Under the pieces are notes generated by a model. It had not been told where the DNA came from and did no database searches. It saw only the letters and a program-made list of their open reading frames with translations. From Glycera tridactyla (Eukaryota): a DNA stretch of 64,000 bases. This document shows positions 60,301 to 64,000 of this stretch, piece after piece. Position numbers and translations under genes: made by a program. The stretch lies in assembly GCA_965644265.1 (NCBI GenBank), contig OZ286472.1:27900001-27964000 (forward strand). Direction: 5' to 3'. How positions within the stretch are numbered: position 1 is the first letter of the stretch; each line of letters begins with the position of its first letter.

Positions 60301-63300
60301 GAGGTAGAGGGTCCAACCTGCCACCTACTGATTATAACTGAAACAAACCATAAACCAGTACAATTGACGATATTATTTTTATCAGGATCAGAATTCTAGT
60401 TCACAGGATATCCTATCATTGTGATTAAGTATCAAATCGATTTTTTGTGCACTGCAATTTGCCATTTCTTTTTGGAAGTTTTGTTTGCAATGTTGCAGTG
60501 ACTGAATTCTAGGTGAAATGTAGAGCACATCATATCATGTAGCTGATATTAACATCCTCAAAATCATGAAATATTATAGAACATATGCTGGCAATGAGTT
60601 CACATCTTCTGGTAAAACTTAAACAACCACTCTTTTGTTTGTACAAGACAGCATTTAGTGAGAATTTTAATTTAGAGAGAGAAAATGTGATCAAACCGAT
60701 ATCAGTTCTCCTTGGAGAGATACATCATTATACAAATTTCAAGATGGGAGTAAATGACTTAACTCTCAACAGTTTGGGGATTGGACAATCAATTTCTAAA
60801 TGAAATGGAATGGTGCATAGATTTAATGATTTATCCGTGAAATAAATCACTTGTGGTTCTCTTCGATATCTTCTGATGGCATGATCATCATATTGTGAAG
60901 TTCTCGATAAAATTGATGTCATATGCAATGCAAGTCTGCTAACTATTACAAAGTTCATATATACAGTATCACATCTGTCATGAATATTGGTCCCGAATAC
61001 ACAATCACATTCTCCTTAAGTCACATGTTGCATAGTAATAATACACACAACCATACATCATAGTATGGATTTCAGTTCAAATATGTTCATCTCCCTCGAG
61101 TTAGGAGCTGTATTAGCATGATGCACGAGATAAGTGATGAGTTCATCCTTTCAGTACTTACGTCTATACAAATAACAAGAGTCGGGTGAGTAATGAAACA
61201 GTAAAGAGAGTTTTAGAGTGGATGGAGCATACCAATATAACTATGATTGGGGGCATAACATCATAAGTATTAGCAACCAATCTGTGGGTCGAACTTCTTT
61301 TTGCTGGTTTAGTAAGATGAGTTGGATGAATTGCTCTCACAGCATGCATGCAATGCTTCATGCAGCAACTGTTTTACCATGATTCTTTCATCTTCAAAAC
61401 TTTGAAACTAAATCTGAAAGAATATTCATCTCAGAACATCTTGTCTTTCATTGGCTTGCTTCAGGTCCTGGCCCAATGCCAAAACTCAACATGAAAAGAG
61501 CCTGGCGGGGAAGATGGCAAAGTCACCTATGTCCATCAATAAGTCAAACACTATATATATGTACCTAGGACAATGCATCATAATAACAAGGCCAAGGATG
61601 TTCAGGAAACGGGATGGAATGGATGGGGTCTGTCGATAGACTCCTCCGGCCATAAGGAGAGATGATTCCTTCGCAAGCAATGGAATATATATCATCTTGT
61701 TTTTCCAATGATTCCCTAAGTGGTTATTTATTGCTCACAAATATACTAAAAGATATGGAATCGACAAAATAGAAGCATTTCAGGCAGAAATGCAACAAAA
61801 TAACATGATTTTAACTGCCAGGAAAATATTCGACAGACTGATGATGGTCTCAGGCAGATACATATATACACATATAGGAAGTAATGAACTGTATGTGTGA
61901 TACATTCATGAGATGTTCAAAATGTTATTGGAAAAATTTCGCAAAATTCCATCATGATGGTAGATTTGAACTTCATGCACAACTTGGTTGATGCACATTA
62001 TGATATAACTGATGATCATTGGCCTCTGTGCAGATGATAAATGCTTAGAAACACTGAAGGCTACCTGCTTCACGGTTTTCTGATAATTCACATGGAAGAG
62101 GCACTGATGATGTTCAGGTACATCATCACAAAACAAGGTTCAATACTCACTTGCAGATGGCTCTATCCGTGCTGGAATATCATTGAAATTTTATCAAAAC
62201 ATCCCTAAAATATTTGTTGGCAGCAAGAGCATGGGCCGATCTGAAGTCTTATATTCATATTCATATGGAGGACTATCAGCATTTCCTGCCCTCTGCAAAC
62301 TACCTTTTGAAATATAATAGTTTCAGATTGTATGCTGCCCTTGGTATGATGCCAAATATAAATCTTGAGTTGCAGACACATAGTAGTGTGTTTTCATTCT
62401 GTAAATCTATCCACCAATCTTGTGTTTGACCTAGCCATGTCAACTTTTGGCTTGAAGAAATAATAGTCTTGCTCATGAAATGGGAGAATCAGAAGTATTC
62501 TCTCTAAGTCGGTAATCATCTATCTATATAACATACTCGAGAGAATAGTATCAAAGCCAGCCTGTTATATACTTCGTACTTTGATTGGTAAGCCATTGTT
62601 TTCATACATATCATATATGGATCATGATCAGTCACCAGACCAGATTGTCCAAATATGTCAATCTAAATATGTGCTGGGGGTCATTATTTCAATAATGCAT
62701 GCAGAGAATTGACTGTTATCCTGATTTTCCATAATGAAAAAGTGCAAATGATCTCTGTGAGAAACTGAATAGTATAGCAGTGTTATCAATATACTTGCTC
62801 CCTGATCAATTCATATGGATATTTTATTCTGAGCTCCTCGACAGCTTACCCTTGGTGAGCTCCAATTCTTGAAAAATGCTAACAAACATGACAATTTTTC
62901 TATGGTGTGTGTTGAATTATGTTCCACTTCAGATCATTCAGTCTTCAATTTGATCATGAAAATGGAATCACTCTGGTCCTGTGCTATACTGGTCCAGGTG
63001 GATTTCCCTCAATTCACTATTTCTTCCATTATTGTCATTATTCTAATGTCATTTTCATCACTAAATATGCCGTAAATGTCTTCTCTGTTGTCCAAGTCAT
63101 GTATGATGAAAAATCTTGCCATAGCTACCTAATCTAAGTTTGGAACTCCACAGATCCGATTTCAAAATGTTCAACAGTATGACTATGTGATCTTGCATGA
63201 CCTTAACTTTTGAGTCCTGTCTGAGCAAAAGTCATCCAATGAGAATAGTACATCATAAACGGGGGCAATAACATGACATCTCCAATCAGGAGACATATTT

Positions 63301-63984
63301 CAGGCAGGATAGAATCCTCCTCAAATCTGTTCAAGAATGTATATCTCTTTCAAGATGGACTATAAGAACTCTCCTTTCAATTAGATATTACTGCTGCTGA
63401 TGTGAGGAATCATGTTAGTTCAGCCCAGCTACAACTTATCACACTGCTGTAAATCGAAGTTATTTCAAAAGAATATAAATTTAGGCATCCAGTGAGTAAT
63501 GTAATGTTCCAAATTTCGGAAAGAGGCACACTGGCAGAAAATCTAATGAAGCAGAGTATGAATGCAACAACATATCATGCCCACTGGATATGATCCAGCA
63601 CCCAATTTGATATGTTTTGAGGAATGTATCAGCATAGAGCCATTGGCTGGGCTTTCCCAATGATGATAGCCAGTATCTACTGACAAAAGTGATACACAAA
63701 ACAGTCCCAAAGCCAGTCAATGTCAACATGGCACATTTAACAGAATGAAACTACTTATACCGAAGTTTAGATGTGTTTCCTCGTTTTGCTGTTTGTTCAG
63801 AGTTTTGTGAGCCCCAGCTATGGTCCGCATGATGAAAATATACTAATGTATTGAGTTTCCATTGTGCTCATGGAGAAATACTGAATTCATACCGCTCGCT
63901 ATGATGACAACCTCAAAAGACACTCAGGGCTTTTTAAAATAATTCAAAGCTCGTGTTCATACATTCTTGTTGAATTTTTAGTAC

Positions 63985-64000
63985 CTGGACAATAGTTATG
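63985..64000 (-). CDS. Possible 3' end of a further upstream exon (...HNYCP), running off the window
   Basis: CAT AAC TAT TGT CCA G|gtacta ends in phase 1 after a Cys, like the repeat exons; only 16 nt visible. Confidence 0.25.

Noticed and set aside
63481-63729. Minus ORF with YQIGCWIISSG, superficially CUB-like
   Set aside because: No good donor, no other CUB motifs, and it overlaps a short repeated motif.

Overview
AT-rich animal (invertebrate-like, probably lophotrochozoan; not identifiable from sequence alone) genomic scaffold with four N gaps. I saw no prokaryotic operons, rRNA/tRNA genes or CRISPR arrays, and almost all ORF-track entries are noise. The backbone is one minus-strand spliced gene model (exon connectivity inferred from splice phases). 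It has small phase-1 exons encoding three truncated 4-Cys LDLa-like repeats (53.4k, 51.4k, 50.2k), one full LDL-receptor class A domain (48.9k), a transmembrane exon (40.3k) and, after a ~31-kb intron, a proline-rich cytoplasmic exon (8.7-9.2k) carrying PTAP plus three PPxY motifs, an LDLRAD3/LDLRAD4-like architecture. Inside the long intron is a candidate alternative first exon (27566-27626, [20 protein letters not shown]) in the right phase to make a ~192-aa N-myristoylated PTAP/PPxY isoform with no ectodomain, reminiscent of viral matrix/late-domain proteins; this is the most interesting signal. Introns hold ~19 TA-flanked Tc1/mariner(pogo/Tigger)-type MITEs, Helentron(HINE)-like elements, a Penelope-like GIY-YIG fragment with a possible vestigial hammerhead, two members of a family ending in a ~148-nt GNA-triloop hairpin, a tandem duplication with an internal inversion, 36-bp and 68-bp minisatellites, and microsatellites. 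Coordinates of degenerate repeats are approximate.
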